Shown here piece after piece: positions 1-9,151 of a stretch of DNA of 59,973 nucleotides (the stretch's first letter is position 1; the number at the start of each line of letters is the position of its first letter). Source of the DNA: Desulfobulbales bacterium. GTDB taxonomy: Bacteria > Desulfobacterota > Desulfobulbia > Desulfobulbales > BM004. The notes beneath the pieces are model-generated. The model was given only the letters and a program-made list of their open reading frames with translations. It searched no databases and was not told the origin of the DNA. Where the stretch lies: contig JBFHXP010000004.1 in assembly GCA_041598875.1 (NCBI GenBank), forward strand, positions 1 to 59,973. Reading direction: 5' to 3'. The translations under genes and the position numbers were made by a program.

Positions 1-1
1 A

Positions 2-940
2 CTGCCCCCAGGGCGGTTGGAGTTGATGAGCGGAATCCGCGAGCGCCGTCTCTGGCCCGCTGGGACGCGGCCAATCGAAGCCGCGGCCCTGGCCGGCAAA
101 AAGGCGCTGGCCGCGGCAGGGGTTTCCCCGGAAGAGATAGAGTGCCTTTTTTTCACCTCGGTCTCCCGGGACATGATGGAGCCGGCGACCGCCTCCTTTG
201 TCCACCGCAGCCTGGGTTTACGGAAAAACTGCCTGGTCTATGACATCTCCAATGCCTGCCTGGGTTTCCTGAACGGGATGATTGCCCTGGCCAACATGAT
301 CGAGTTGGGACAGGTAAAATGCGGCCTGATCGTGGCCGGTGAAACCGGCGAGGATCTTGTGGAGTCGACTATCGCCGGCCTGCTCGCCGACCCGACCCTG
401 ACCAGAAAATCAATCAAACCGTCCTTTGCCTCCCTCACCATTGGCTCTGGCGCCGTTGCCCTGGTCATGGGCCGGGCATCTGACAAAAAACCAGGACAAA
501 GACTGCGCGGAGGCACCTTTCTCGCCAATACCGAACATAACGATCTCTGCCAGGGGGGGCTGACCCAGGACAGCCACCGGGAAACCGCCTCAACCCTTAT
601 GGCCACCGACTCCGAGGCCCTTCTGGTCCGGGGAATCGAAACTGCGGCTGCCTGCTGGGATTTTTTCCTAAGGGATTTGGAGTGGAGCCCAGGCGAGATA
701 GACACCTTTTTCTGCCACCAGGTGGGCCGGGCTCATGCCAGGGAACTGTTCACCACCCTGGATCTTGATGAGCAGAAAAATTTTCAGACCCTTGAATTCC
801 TTGGCAATGTCGGCTCGGTTTCAGTGCCGATCACCATGGCCCTGGGCCTGGAAAACGGGGCGCTCAAACCCGGGCAGAAGGCCGGGCTTCTTGGAATCGG
901 CAGCGGCATAAACTGTCTCATGCTGGGGGTGGAATGGTAG
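2..940 (+). CDS. oleA: 3-oxoacyl-ACP synthase III family, OleA-like condensing enzyme (5'-truncated by window)
   Basis: Frame is open from the window edge (LPPGRLELMSGIRERR); motifs MEPATA, NACLG, HQVG, GNVGS and C-terminal GIGSGINCLMLGVEW. Confidence 0.8.
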   Translation: MPPGRLELMSGIRERRLWPAGTRPIEAAALAGKKALAAAGVSPEEIECLFFTSVSRDMMEPATASFVHRSLGLRKNCLVYDISNACLGFLNGMIALANMIELGQVKCGLIVAGETGEDLVESTIAGLLADPTLTRKSIKPSFASLTIGSGAVALVMGRASDKKPGQRLRGGTFLANTEHNDLCQGGLTQDSHRETASTLMATDSEALLVRGIETAAACWDFFLRDLEWSPGEIDTFFCHQVGRAHARELFTTLDLDEQKNFQTLEFLGNVGSVSVPITMALGLENGALKPGQKAGLLGIGSGINCLMLGVEW

Positions 941-1533
941 CATATAGAGAAGAATCGAAAAACAGCGGTGAAATATCCCCTGATCAGGGGAGGACCCTTC
1001 TTGGGCTGGCCCGCCATGCCATTGCGGAAAAGCTCGGCCTCTCCGGAACAAAGCCCGAGACCTCGGCGCCGATTTTTTCCCAAAAACGGGCAACCTTTGT
1101 CACCCTGAAAAGTGGAAAAAACCTCCGCGGCTGCATCGGCAGCCTGGCCGCAGTGGAGCCCCTGGCCGAGGGGATACGGAGAAACGCGGTAAACGCCGCG
1201 TTCCACGACCCCCGCTTCCCCTCGCTTACCGAAAAGGAGTTTGCCGGTATCCATATCTCGGTGAGCGTACTCACCCCGGCCCGCCCACTTTCCCATGGGG
1301 GAGGCCGGGACCTGGTATCAAAACTCAATCCAGGAATGGATGGGGTGATCATCAGGCACGGTTCCTGCTCTGCCACATTTCTGCCCCAGGTATGGGAACA
1401 GTTACCTGATCCGGAATCTTTTCTAAATCATCTCTGCCACAAGGCGGGACTGCCGATGAACGCCTGGCAGAACCCGGACCTTGAGGTATCAATCTATCAG
1501 GCCCTCTATTTTGCCGAGGCGACAGGGCTGTGA
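934..1533 (+). CDS. AMMECR1-domain protein (AmmeMemoRadiSam system protein A)
   Basis: ATFVTL..LRGCIG, AAFHDPRF, ATFLPQVWEQLP, LCHKAG motifs. Confidence 0.9.
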   Translation: MVAYREESKNSGEISPDQGRTLLGLARHAIAEKLGLSGTKPETSAPIFSQKRATFVTLKSGKNLRGCIGSLAAVEPLAEGIRRNAVNAAFHDPRFPSLTEKEFAGIHISVSVLTPARPLSHGGGRDLVSKLNPGMDGVIIRHGSCSATFLPQVWEQLPDPESFLNHLCHKAGLPMNAWQNPDLEVSIYQALYFAEATGL

Positions 1534-2135
1534 TGGCTGCGGGAGAAATCACCCTCTCCGCAGAACTGAGCCACCAGTTGGGCCAGCTCTACGGGAAAAT
1601 GGAAACAGCGTATGAAACCGTTGCCCGGGCCATTGGCCACACCTGCAGAGGGTGTCCGGACAACTGCTGCGACTCCTTTTTTCTCCACCACACCTATGCG
1701 GAATGGGCCTATCTCTGGGAGGCGATGCGGGAAATGCCGGGGGAGCGGAGGGAAAAAATTCTCACCCGGGCAAGGGAGTATGTCCTTGAAAGCGAAAAGA
1801 TCCTGGCCAACCGGGGTCGTCCGGCGATCATGTGTCCGGCAAACGAAGAGGGCCTCTGCGCCATTTATTCCCATCGGCTTCTGGTCTGCCGCCTGCACGG
1901 GGTTCCGGCCTCGATCACCCGGCCCGATGGGGTCACGGCACATTTCCCAGGATGCTTCCGTTGCCAGGAAAAAACCGCTGGCCGGGAAAAGGTCCCGGTC
2001 ATGGACCGGACCGCCCTGTTCAGAGAGATGGTTCTCCTGGAGACGAAACTTCTGGGCGGGTTACGCCTGAAACCGCCAAAAATTAAAATGACCCTGGCCA
2101 AAATGCTGGTTCTCGGGCCACCGGTCAAGCCATAA
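1530..2135 (+). CDS. YkgJ-like cysteine-cluster (Zn/Fe-chelating) protein
   Basis: CRGCPDNCC, CPANEEGLCAIYSHRLLVCR; overlaps the upstream stop. Confidence 0.75.
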   Translation: MMAAGEITLSAELSHQLGQLYGKMETAYETVARAIGHTCRGCPDNCCDSFFLHHTYAEWAYLWEAMREMPGERREKILTRAREYVLESEKILANRGRPAIMCPANEEGLCAIYSHRLLVCRLHGVPASITRPDGVTAHFPGCFRCQEKTAGREKVPVMDRTALFREMVLLETKLLGGLRLKPPKIKMTLAKMLVLGPPVKP

Positions 2136-2148
2136 AGAGACCACGACA

Positions 2149-2409
2149 ATGAAACCATCGGATACCACCCAGAAACTGCACCTTGCGATTCTTAAGGTCA
2201 TTGAAAAACAGATCCGCGACAATGACCCGGCCGAAACACAACAAACCCTGCAGAGATTAGTGTCCCAGGGGTTTTCCCGGGAAGAGGCGCTGGAACTGGT
2301 TGGTCACGTTGTGGCCAGCGAGGTGCTGGGGGTGATCAAGGATGGACGCACCTATGATCACCATCGCTTTGTCGCGGCCCTGATGGCCCTGCCTGAACGA
2401 TCAGGATGA
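2149..2409 (+). CDS. small helical hypothetical protein
   Basis: 86-aa ORF continuing the operon (QIRDNDP, GFSREEA). Confidence 0.7.
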   Translation: MKPSDTTQKLHLAILKVIEKQIRDNDPAETQQTLQRLVSQGFSREEALELVGHVVASEVLGVIKDGRTYDHHRFVAALMALPERSG

Positions 2410-2501
2410 GCAGGCGGACCATTCAGAAAAAACGCTCCCCGCCGCTACAACTCTGCCTGACTCCCCTTTTTGAGACCTCGGTGTTCCCTTGATACCGGAC
2501 A

Positions 2502-3071
2502 CTAGAAGACCCCGTGCTGAAGGAGAATATTAACGCCGATTCCCAGAAGAACCAGGCCGCCGATGATCTCCGCCCGCGAACCGATTCTTGATGCCGAGCC
2601 GACCACGCATCCGAGCCGCAGGCCGATTACCGTCAGGAGAGTGGCGACCACGCCGATGATTGCAGCCGGCAGCCAGATCGAGATGTTGAGCACCGAAAAA
2701 CTCAACCCCACGGCAAGGGAATCGATGCTGGTGGCCAGGGACAGCATCACCAGGGTTTTTCCCGCAGTGGGATCGGGCCGGTCCGACTCATGATCATGGC
2801 CCTGGAAACCATCGATGATCATCTTACCGGCAACCACCGAAAGCAGGACAAAGGCCACCCAGTGGTCAACGCTTTCGATAAGACTCCGGACCGTGAGGCC
2901 GGCACCCCAGCCAAGAATGTTCATCCCTGCCTGAAACAGGCCAAAATGAAAGGACAGGCGAAAGATCTGGCGGCCGCTGACCCGACAGAGGGCAACCCCT
3001 GCGGCAACGGCCACGGCAAAGGCATCCACGGCAAGGGCCAGGGCGATAAGAAGTATAGCAGGAAGATCCAT
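2502..3071 (-). CDS. mntP: manganese efflux pump MntP
   Basis: ALAVDAFAVA, FGLFQAGM, DHWVAF, ATSIDSLAVG, AEIIGGLVL; start placed at MDLPAILL. Confidence 0.92.
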   Translation of the reverse strand: MDLPAILLIALALAVDAFAVAVAAGVALCRVSGRQIFRLSFHFGLFQAGMNILGWGAGLTVRSLIESVDHWVAFVLLSVVAGKMIIDGFQGHDHESDRPDPTAGKTLVMLSLATSIDSLAVGLSFSVLNISIWLPAAIIGVVATLLTVIGLRLGCVVGSASRIGSRAEIIGGLVLLGIGVNILLQHGVF

Positions 3072-3182
3072 AGGGGCCTCTATACTTCCTGCCCGCCCGG
3101 AAGGCAAGTCCGGAGAAACAAAAACATGATCAAAAAAACGGGTGGAATCACAATCGATAATGAATGATTCGTGAAAAAGGCG

Positions 3183-3216
3183 AAAAGGCCCGACCGCGTG
3201 GGGCACGGCCGGGCCT
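3183..3216 (-). terminator. intrinsic terminator after the zraP-like gene
   Basis: Minus strand AGGCCCGGCCG..CGGTCGGGCCT followed by TTTT. Confidence 0.65.
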
Positions 3217-3257
3217 CTTCTAGGGAGGGGAGGGAAAAAAAGAGAATGGGGATGGGG

Positions 3258-3692
3258 TTAGTTCCACATTCTGCCGCGGGGGCCGGAGCCACCGCCGAAA
3301 CCAGGTCCGTCACAACCGTATCCGGCCTGGGTAATGCCTGCTTCTTTCGCCTTATCGCGCAGAGCGTTCTGGAGATCAAAAAGCTCGCCGGTAAGCACGC
3401 CTATTTCCTTGGCATCGGGGTTGTCCTGGCTCATCAGGGCTTGAAGTTCAGCCCGCTTGGTCAGTATTTCCTTGCGCTGGGCCAGGGTTTCATTATAGAA
3501 ATTCTCCCGGGCTTCCAGGGTTTTTTCGTCAACCGGACCTGCTGCATTCACGCAGGGGCCATTGTTACAGCCAGAACCGGTCCAGTTGCCGTTGCCAGGC
3601 CCATAGCCCCGGGCTGAAACCGAATTTGCCGCAGCAATGCCGAGTGTGAGCACCGCGGCCAGAGTGACGATCCATTTTGTTTTTGTCTTCAT
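3258..3692 (-). CDS. ZraP-like periplasmic Spy/CpxP-family metal-resistance protein
   Basis: Signal peptide, Gly-rich ends, KRAELQALM..NPD core; GAGG RBS before the ATG at 3692. Confidence 0.75.
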   Translation of the reverse strand: MKTKTKWIVTLAAVLTLGIAAANSVSARGYGPGNGNWTGSGCNNGPCVNAAGPVDEKTLEARENFYNETLAQRKEILTKRAELQALMSQDNPDAKEIGVLTGELFDLQNALRDKAKEAGITQAGYGCDGPGFGGGSGPRGRMWN

Positions 3693-3793
3693 GATGCACC
3701 TCAAAAATTCTTGTAAAGATTTTTACCTTACCTCTGTTCTTACACACTTCACTTCATGTAACACACACCATGCATGCTTTGCCTTTAACCTTA

Positions 3794-3810
3794 TACATAA
3801 ACCGTGCCAG
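3794..3810 (-). promoter_or_regulatory. putative sigma54 promoter of the zraP-like gene
   Basis: Minus strand CTGGCACGGTTTATGTA (GG-N10-GT variant of -24/-12). Confidence 0.55.
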
Positions 3811-4085
3811 ACTTTCTTGTGTTGGCTCAATATACTGAAATAACGATATTTATTTTTTTTGCGACCTTTTTTTCCAGCGCGCATCTCCTCGACTCTGTAC
3901 CCTTTTTACCCACGATTTTCCTCTGCGGTGGGTAATTAGTATGCACCACCCATAGTTCGCCTGATCGCTCTCTTCACACCTTGGTTTTTCGGGAAAACCA
4001 AGGTACAATGGCGGACTCGTCGCGCAGCGTATGCAGCCGCCGCCGGCAAACAGATCGAGGCGATAGTAAGGAAACAGGAAAAGAG

Positions 4086-5057
4086 ATGTCCATAGAAAAA
4101 GCACGAGAGGTCATACGGGTCGAGGCGGAAGGACTCCTCTCCCTGGAAGAACAGATCGGCCCCGAGTTTGACCAGGCCATTGACCTGATCATGGCCTGCC
4201 CCAGCCGGGTAATCCTCACGGGAATCGGCAAATCAGGGATCATTGCCCAGAAAATCGCCGCCACCCTGAACAGCACCGGCACGGCATCCTTTTTCCTTCA
4301 TCCGGTTGAGGCCATGCACGGTGATCTTGGAATCGTCGATCCCAGGGACGTCATCCTCTGCATCTCCTACAGCGGGGAGACAACGGAACTCAACCTGCTC
4401 CTGACCAGCCTGCAGGGGCGCAATGTCTCGATCATTGCCATGACCGGCAACCCCGGGTCAACCATGGCCCGCCTCTCCGACGTAACCCTGAGGGTGGCGG
4501 TGCCCCGCGAGGCCTGTCCCCTGGGGCTTGCACCCACCGCCAGCACCACCGCGGCCCTGGCCATGGGCGATGCCCTGGCCGTGGTTCTTCTTGAAAAAAA
4601 ACGATTCAAGGCCAGTGACTTCCGCAGAAACCATCCGGGTGGCAGCCTGGGAGAACGGCTCAAGGTCAATGTCTCCGAGGTCATGATTACCGGGGAAGAG
4701 ATCCCCCGGGTGCTGCCAACCACCCCCCTGGCCGAGGCGATCAGGATCATGAATGAAAAAAATCTCGGCGCAGTCCTGGTCGTGGATGGTGAAAACCGGG
4801 TAGCGGGCATTCTCACCGACGGCGATATCAGGCGGCTTGTTGCCAGCTCCAGGAACATTGGGAACCGTACCGCGGCCGACGACATGACACCGAGTCCCAA
4901 AACCATTCAGGGGACACTCCTGGCCGCTGACGCCCTGAGCATCATGCAGCGCCACGAAATAACCACCCTGCCGGTCACTGGTCAGAAGGGCGAACTAATC
5001 GGCATCCTTCATCTCCACGACCTTCTCGGCAAGGGTGAATTCCGGTTTCTTGTGTAA
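4086..5057 (+). CDS. kdsD: arabinose-5-phosphate isomerase (KpsF/GutQ; SIS plus CBS pair)
   Basis: GIGKSG, EAMHGDLG, EACPLGLAPTAST, HPGGSLG and C-terminal CBS domains. Confidence 0.95.
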   Translation: MSIEKAREVIRVEAEGLLSLEEQIGPEFDQAIDLIMACPSRVILTGIGKSGIIAQKIAATLNSTGTASFFLHPVEAMHGDLGIVDPRDVILCISYSGETTELNLLLTSLQGRNVSIIAMTGNPGSTMARLSDVTLRVAVPREACPLGLAPTASTTAALAMGDALAVVLLEKKRFKASDFRRNHPGGSLGERLKVNVSEVMITGEEIPRVLPTTPLAEAIRIMNEKNLGAVLVVDGENRVAGILTDGDIRRLVASSRNIGNRTAADDMTPSPKTIQGTLLAADALSIMQRHEITTLPVTGQKGELIGILHLHDLLGKGEFRFLV

Positions 5058-5118
5058 CCGGAAAGGTTGCGGTATTCATACGGTTCAAACGTGAAAACAC
5101 TGTGAAATGAGGTAGGCC

Positions 5119-5319
5119 ATGTGCCAGATGCGAATCGTGATCGACCGGGGGGAAAAAGAGGAAGTAATCATGACCAATGCAACCCTGCTTGAAAAAAACC
5201 GGGCCGGGGTCGTTGTGTCCGCCCTTTTTGAAGACCCTAAGCAGGTAGATGGAGTCTTTGTAAAAAGAATTGATTTCACCAAAGGCACCGTTCTCCTGGA
5301 ACGGGAGCCATCAGCATAA
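5119..5319 (+). CDS. CooT-family nickel-binding protein
   Basis: 66 aa, N-terminal MC, EEVIM, LFEDPK, IDF; GAGG RBS. Confidence 0.7.
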   Translation: MCQMRIVIDRGEKEEVIMTNATLLEKNRAGVVVSALFEDPKQVDGVFVKRIDFTKGTVLLEREPSA

Positions 5320-5333
5320 TCAAGGAGAGAACT

Positions 5334-5582
5334 GTGACGGATCTGGAAAAATTACGGGTACTGCTGCCCCACTGGATTGAACATAACCGGAGCCACGGAG
5401 CTGATTTCGGCAATTGGGCTGCCCTTGCCCGGATCGCTGATGCAGAAGAAGTCGCGGGCCTGATCGATCAGGCGCGGGAATATCTTGAAAAGGCCGACTC
5501 CGCCCTTACCGAGGCGCTCGGCAAACTGGGCGGTCGCATTGAGCATCTGGGCGACCACCATCATCATCACCATCACGACTGA
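5334..5582 (+). CDS. His-tailed small metal-binding protein
   Basis: LPHWIEHNRSH motif and C-terminal poly-His; AAGGAG RBS, GTG start. Confidence 0.75.
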   Translation: MTDLEKLRVLLPHWIEHNRSHGADFGNWAALARIADAEEVAGLIDQAREYLEKADSALTEALGKLGGRIEHLGDHHHHHHHD

Positions 5583-5619
5583 ACCTGAATCTGTCCGGAT
5601 GAAAAAACGGGGCTGAGAG

Positions 5620-6120
5620 TCAACTCAACTTGTTCTCAAAGGTACGCATCCCGCTGATCGGGGCAAGGATTCCGCCGCCGACACCGGCCCTGATTTTAAG
5701 AAGCCAGAAAGATGCCGGATCTGCCGCTATCCGCTCATGCATTGCGGCAGACACCCAGTGGGAATCTTCTTCAAGATTGTAGCATACTGTATCTATGCCA
5801 AAAAAACCGTCAACCAGATGGGCGACGGTGTGAAAGAGTTTGCTGGCAACCCCCTGCTCCAGGGTGTGAAGGTCGGCAAAGCCCCGCACCCCTTCGGCGG
5901 CCAGCTCGGCAAGGAGAGTTTTAACCACCCCCCGGTTTGCGGATATGGCCTGGTCCAGTTGGTGGATAAAGTCCGGGGAGTCACCTCGGAGTGCCTCTTG
6001 CTGCGAAATTTCAATAGTTTCATAGTGAACAAGATCGGTGCGGGCGAAAAACCGCCGCACCCGATGCTCGCAGGCGGAAAAGCCATCCCCTTCCACAATC
6101 ATCCAGTGTGAAACCTTCAT
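5620..6120 (-). CDS. conserved hypothetical protein
   Basis: Last ORF of the minus-strand run; LVDGFFGID..YNLEEDSHWVS; start could be 6162. Confidence 0.7.
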   Translation of the reverse strand: MKVSHWMIVEGDGFSACEHRVRRFFARTDLVHYETIEISQQEALRGDSPDFIHQLDQAISANRGVVKTLLAELAAEGVRGFADLHTLEQGVASKLFHTVAHLVDGFFGIDTVCYNLEEDSHWVSAAMHERIAADPASFWLLKIRAGVGGGILAPISGMRTFENKLS

Positions 6121-6145
6121 CTCGTCCCTAAGTCTCCGCAGACGT

Positions 6146-6787
6146 TTATACGGTACTCCCATCCTTGAAAAAGGGAAGGTGCACGATCTCCATGAACCGA
6201 TTCACATGAAAGGGCGCGGCCAGGGCATCATTTGCAAAAGCGACAAACGGCATGCCCACCGAAGCGGCATGCTCCCTGTCAATGGTTGAATCCCCGATAA
6301 AGAGCGCCTGGTCGGAACTCACCCCGAACCGGTCCATGATGGCGATAAGGGCATCGGCATGGGGCTTGGGCCGGGCCACATCCAGGGCAGTGACAACCAT
6401 GTCGAAGTAGGGGACCAGGCCGAACATCTCCAGGACCGTTGCCATGGTGGTGGTGCGGTTGGTGCTGATCGCGGTATGGATTTCCGGCCTGAGGTACTCA
6501 AGAAATTCAATCAGGTCCGGCGCCATGATCATGTATTTGAGATACGGGGTATACTCATTTTCCAGGCGAAAGCGGTTTGCCGCCGCCACCTCTTCCACGG
6601 GATAATGGCGGAAGATATGGGCCACCGAATCCATGACATTATGGATGTGGACATACTCGAGCTCTTCCGGGTCCATCTCCGGGCGGCCGAAATGGGCGAG
6701 CAGGTCATTGTAATACCGGCGGTTGGCCTCCAGGGAGTCGAACATCACCCCGTCACAGTCAAAGACAACAAGCTTTGGTCTGTTCAT
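6146..6787 (-). CDS. HAD-superfamily hydrolase (phosphoglycolate-phosphatase-like)
   Basis: FDCDGV, STNR, KPH, FIGDS..D motifs. Confidence 0.9.
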   Translation of the reverse strand: MNRPKLVVFDCDGVMFDSLEANRRYYNDLLAHFGRPEMDPEELEYVHIHNVMDSVAHIFRHYPVEEVAAANRFRLENEYTPYLKYMIMAPDLIEFLEYLRPEIHTAISTNRTTTMATVLEMFGLVPYFDMVVTALDVARPKPHADALIAIMDRFGVSSDQALFIGDSTIDREHAASVGMPFVAFANDALAAPFHVNRFMEIVHLPFFKDGSTV

Positions 6788-6791
6788 GATA

Positions 6792-7616
6792 TCAGAGGTT
6801 TTTCCGGATGAACTCCACCGCATTGCGGAAAAGGGCCACCCCCTGGCCCTCTTCCGGCAACTCCTCACGGGTCCAGCGCGGGTGATTGGTCCGATGGAGA
6901 AAGGCCTCGGGGTGAGGCATCAGGCCAAAAAGCCGCCCGGAGGGGTCACAGATGCCGGCAAGGGCATCCACCGAGCCATTGGGATTCAGGGGATACTGGG
7001 CGGTAATTTTTCTGCTAACAGGATCACAGTACCTCATGACTCCAAGGTGCTGGTCCTTGATCCGGGCAAGGGTCATCTCGTTGTCAATGACGAATTTCCC
7101 CTCGCCGTGGCGTACCGGATAGTAGAGGAAATCAAGGCCCCGGGTAAAAACGCACGGGGATTCCGGATCAACGGCCAGGGATACCCAGCGGTCCTCGAAC
7201 CGGCTGGAGTCGTTATAGGTCAGACTGACCTGCCGGCTCTGATAGTTACCGTCAAAGCCAGGGAGAAGCCCCATCTTGACCATGAGCTGAAAGCCGTTGC
7301 ACACCCCGAGTATGAGCTTGCCGTCGGTGATAAACCGGAGGAGCTGCTCTTTGAGCTGCTCGCCGCTGGTGGTTATGGTGGCATAGAGCATGCGGTGCGC
7401 ACCGGCCTGGCCGGCGCCAAGGTCATCGCCATCGAGAAACCCGCCGGGAAGATTTAAAAAATGATACTCATCCAGGCTGTATTCGCCATAAAGCAGTTCG
7501 CTCATATGGACAATATCCACCTGGTCGGCACCGCCAAGCTTGCAGGCGTGGGCCATTTCCACCTCGCAGTTGGTGCCGTTGCCAGTGAGCACCATGGCCT
7601 TTACTGATTGTGCCAT
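6792..7616 (-). CDS. purQ: FGAM synthase glutaminase subunit PurQ
   Basis: GTNCE, PGGFLDGDDLGAG, GVCNGFQ, HGEG, NPNGS, MPHPE. Confidence 0.93.
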   Translation of the reverse strand: MAQSVKAMVLTGNGTNCEVEMAHACKLGGADQVDIVHMSELLYGEYSLDEYHFLNLPGGFLDGDDLGAGQAGAHRMLYATITTSGEQLKEQLLRFITDGKLILGVCNGFQLMVKMGLLPGFDGNYQSRQVSLTYNDSSRFEDRWVSLAVDPESPCVFTRGLDFLYYPVRHGEGKFVIDNEMTLARIKDQHLGVMRYCDPVSRKITAQYPLNPNGSVDALAGICDPSGRLFGLMPHPEAFLHRTNHPRWTREELPEEGQGVALFRNAVEFIRKNL

Positions 7617-7659
7617 AATCCTGATCCTCTTTATCTAAATTCCAACAGAGAGAGTTCTG

Positions 7660-8376
7660 TTATTCCTGATTCTGCGACGAAACCGGTGCCAGGCCGCGGC
7701 CGTTAAGCTCCTTTTCCAGACGCTCGAAAAATACTTCCATAAACGCATGACGCTCCCGGGCCAGCCGCTGGCCTTCGGGAGTCAGCAGCCGGTCCTTTAT
7801 CTTGGACAGCTTGAACTTGAATTCCCGGTAAGCGGTATCCTCCGTGGAATAGGAACGGCTGGCCAGGATATCCACCCCGCTGTTGTGGAGCTTGGCGCCC
7901 ACCTGACCGGCAAAGAGAAATGCCCGACCAATGCCGATGGCGCCGATGGAATCAAGTTTATCAGCGTCAAAGAGAATTTTCGCCTCCAGGGACTGGGGGA
8001 CCTTGCTGTTCCGGTAGCGATGGGTCTCGATGCAGTGAATGATCTCCTCGATCCGCTCGGCGCCGAAACCTAAATCCTTCAGGATTTCACGGGCAAGAAC
8101 CGCCCCTTTTTCCGCATGACAGATCCCGCCCCTGGTTGCCATCTCATACCGCCGGCCGATATCGTGGAGCAGGGCGGCGGCGCTCAAAACCTCGAGGTCC
8201 GCACCCATGAGTTCGCCGATATACAGAGAGGTATGATAGACCCGCTCGGCATGATCCGGCCCGTGACACCCCCCTTCACCGTCGCGGTAATCGGCGGCAA
8301 TTCGCCGCAGGGTATCGACCATTTCCCGCCCCAGAGGCGGTTCGTTCCGCACGGTCTTCTTCTGCGCTTCACTCAT
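7660..8376 (-). CDS. HD-domain phosphohydrolase
   Basis: H..DHAERV, LLHDIGR, DADKLDSIGAIG. Confidence 0.9.
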   Translation of the reverse strand: MSEAQKKTVRNEPPLGREMVDTLRRIAADYRDGEGGCHGPDHAERVYHTSLYIGELMGADLEVLSAAALLHDIGRRYEMATRGGICHAEKGAVLAREILKDLGFGAERIEEIIHCIETHRYRNSKVPQSLEAKILFDADKLDSIGAIGIGRAFLFAGQVGAKLHNSGVDILASRSYSTEDTAYREFKFKLSKIKDRLLTPEGQRLARERHAFMEVFFERLEKELNGRGLAPVSSQNQE

Positions 8377-9109
8377 CGAAGAACTCCTGTCTCAAAAGCC
8401 TGATTCCCATTCGAAACCAGGAGACAGCATCATCAGGAAGATCCCTCAACCCTTCACGGTCAACAGCTGCGCCATTTGCTTCAGATTCCGCCATCATCCT
8501 CTTGAAATCATCAAGATTATAGAGCGCCAGAAGAAAACGGTCGCGCTGTTGCGCGTCCAGGGTCATTCCCTGCTTGATTTTAGGATGATGAAGCAGGGAA
8601 AGCAACTCATCGTTTACCGCATTGTATTCGCCTACGCCCTGATCATCTGTCCACTGGCTGACGGTCCGCTCCACCGGTTCGCTGAACCCCAGGCAATGGG
8701 GCTCGCTGACCAGGACAAAAAATTCCTGGACCCGGTTGTTGCACCCGAGAATGGCTGCCCGGCCCACGGGATAGGTCCGGCAGGCCCCGGGGCGGCCCTG
8801 ATAGACCCGGCACCCTTTTTCAGAGACAAAGGGACAGCTGGCCCGGCCGTCGTCGACCATTCCGAGATAGACCCGGGGGAATGCCTCTCCCTCGGGATGT
8901 TCCACAATCGCGTACTGGTCAAGAAAATCTCCAGTGGACAGCTCAAGCTCCCGGGCAAGACGGAGGACGTCATAGGGGCTGAGAGCCAGCTCCAGCTCCC
9001 GGCAGCACTCGGTAAAACAGGAGATCCCGGGGTGACAGGAGAAGGAAAAGGTCTCGTTACAGGCGAGCCGCCTGGTATTTTCTGGAAGATGTATCATGCG
9101 TTGCCGCAT
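8369..9109 (-). CDS. YkgJ-family cysteine-cluster protein
   Basis: FSCHPGISCFTECC, CPF..GCRVY..RPGACRTYP, EPHCLG. Confidence 0.85.
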   Translation of the reverse strand: MRQRMIHLPENTRRLACNETFSFSCHPGISCFTECCRELELALSPYDVLRLARELELSTGDFLDQYAIVEHPEGEAFPRVYLGMVDDGRASCPFVSEKGCRVYQGRPGACRTYPVGRAAILGCNNRVQEFFVLVSEPHCLGFSEPVERTVSQWTDDQGVGEYNAVNDELLSLLHHPKIKQGMTLDAQQRDRFLLALYNLDDFKRMMAESEANGAAVDREGLRDLPDDAVSWFRMGIRLLRQEFFDE

Positions 9110-9151
9110 CCGCTGACGGATGAAGATGTTCCATAATTATTCAGAGAACGG

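Noticed and set aside
3072-3180. yybP-ykoY manganese riboswitch expected upstream of mntP
   Set aside because: No GGGGAGUA/GAGACC arrangement upstream; similar words at 2461-2477 are downstream of the gene and in the wrong order
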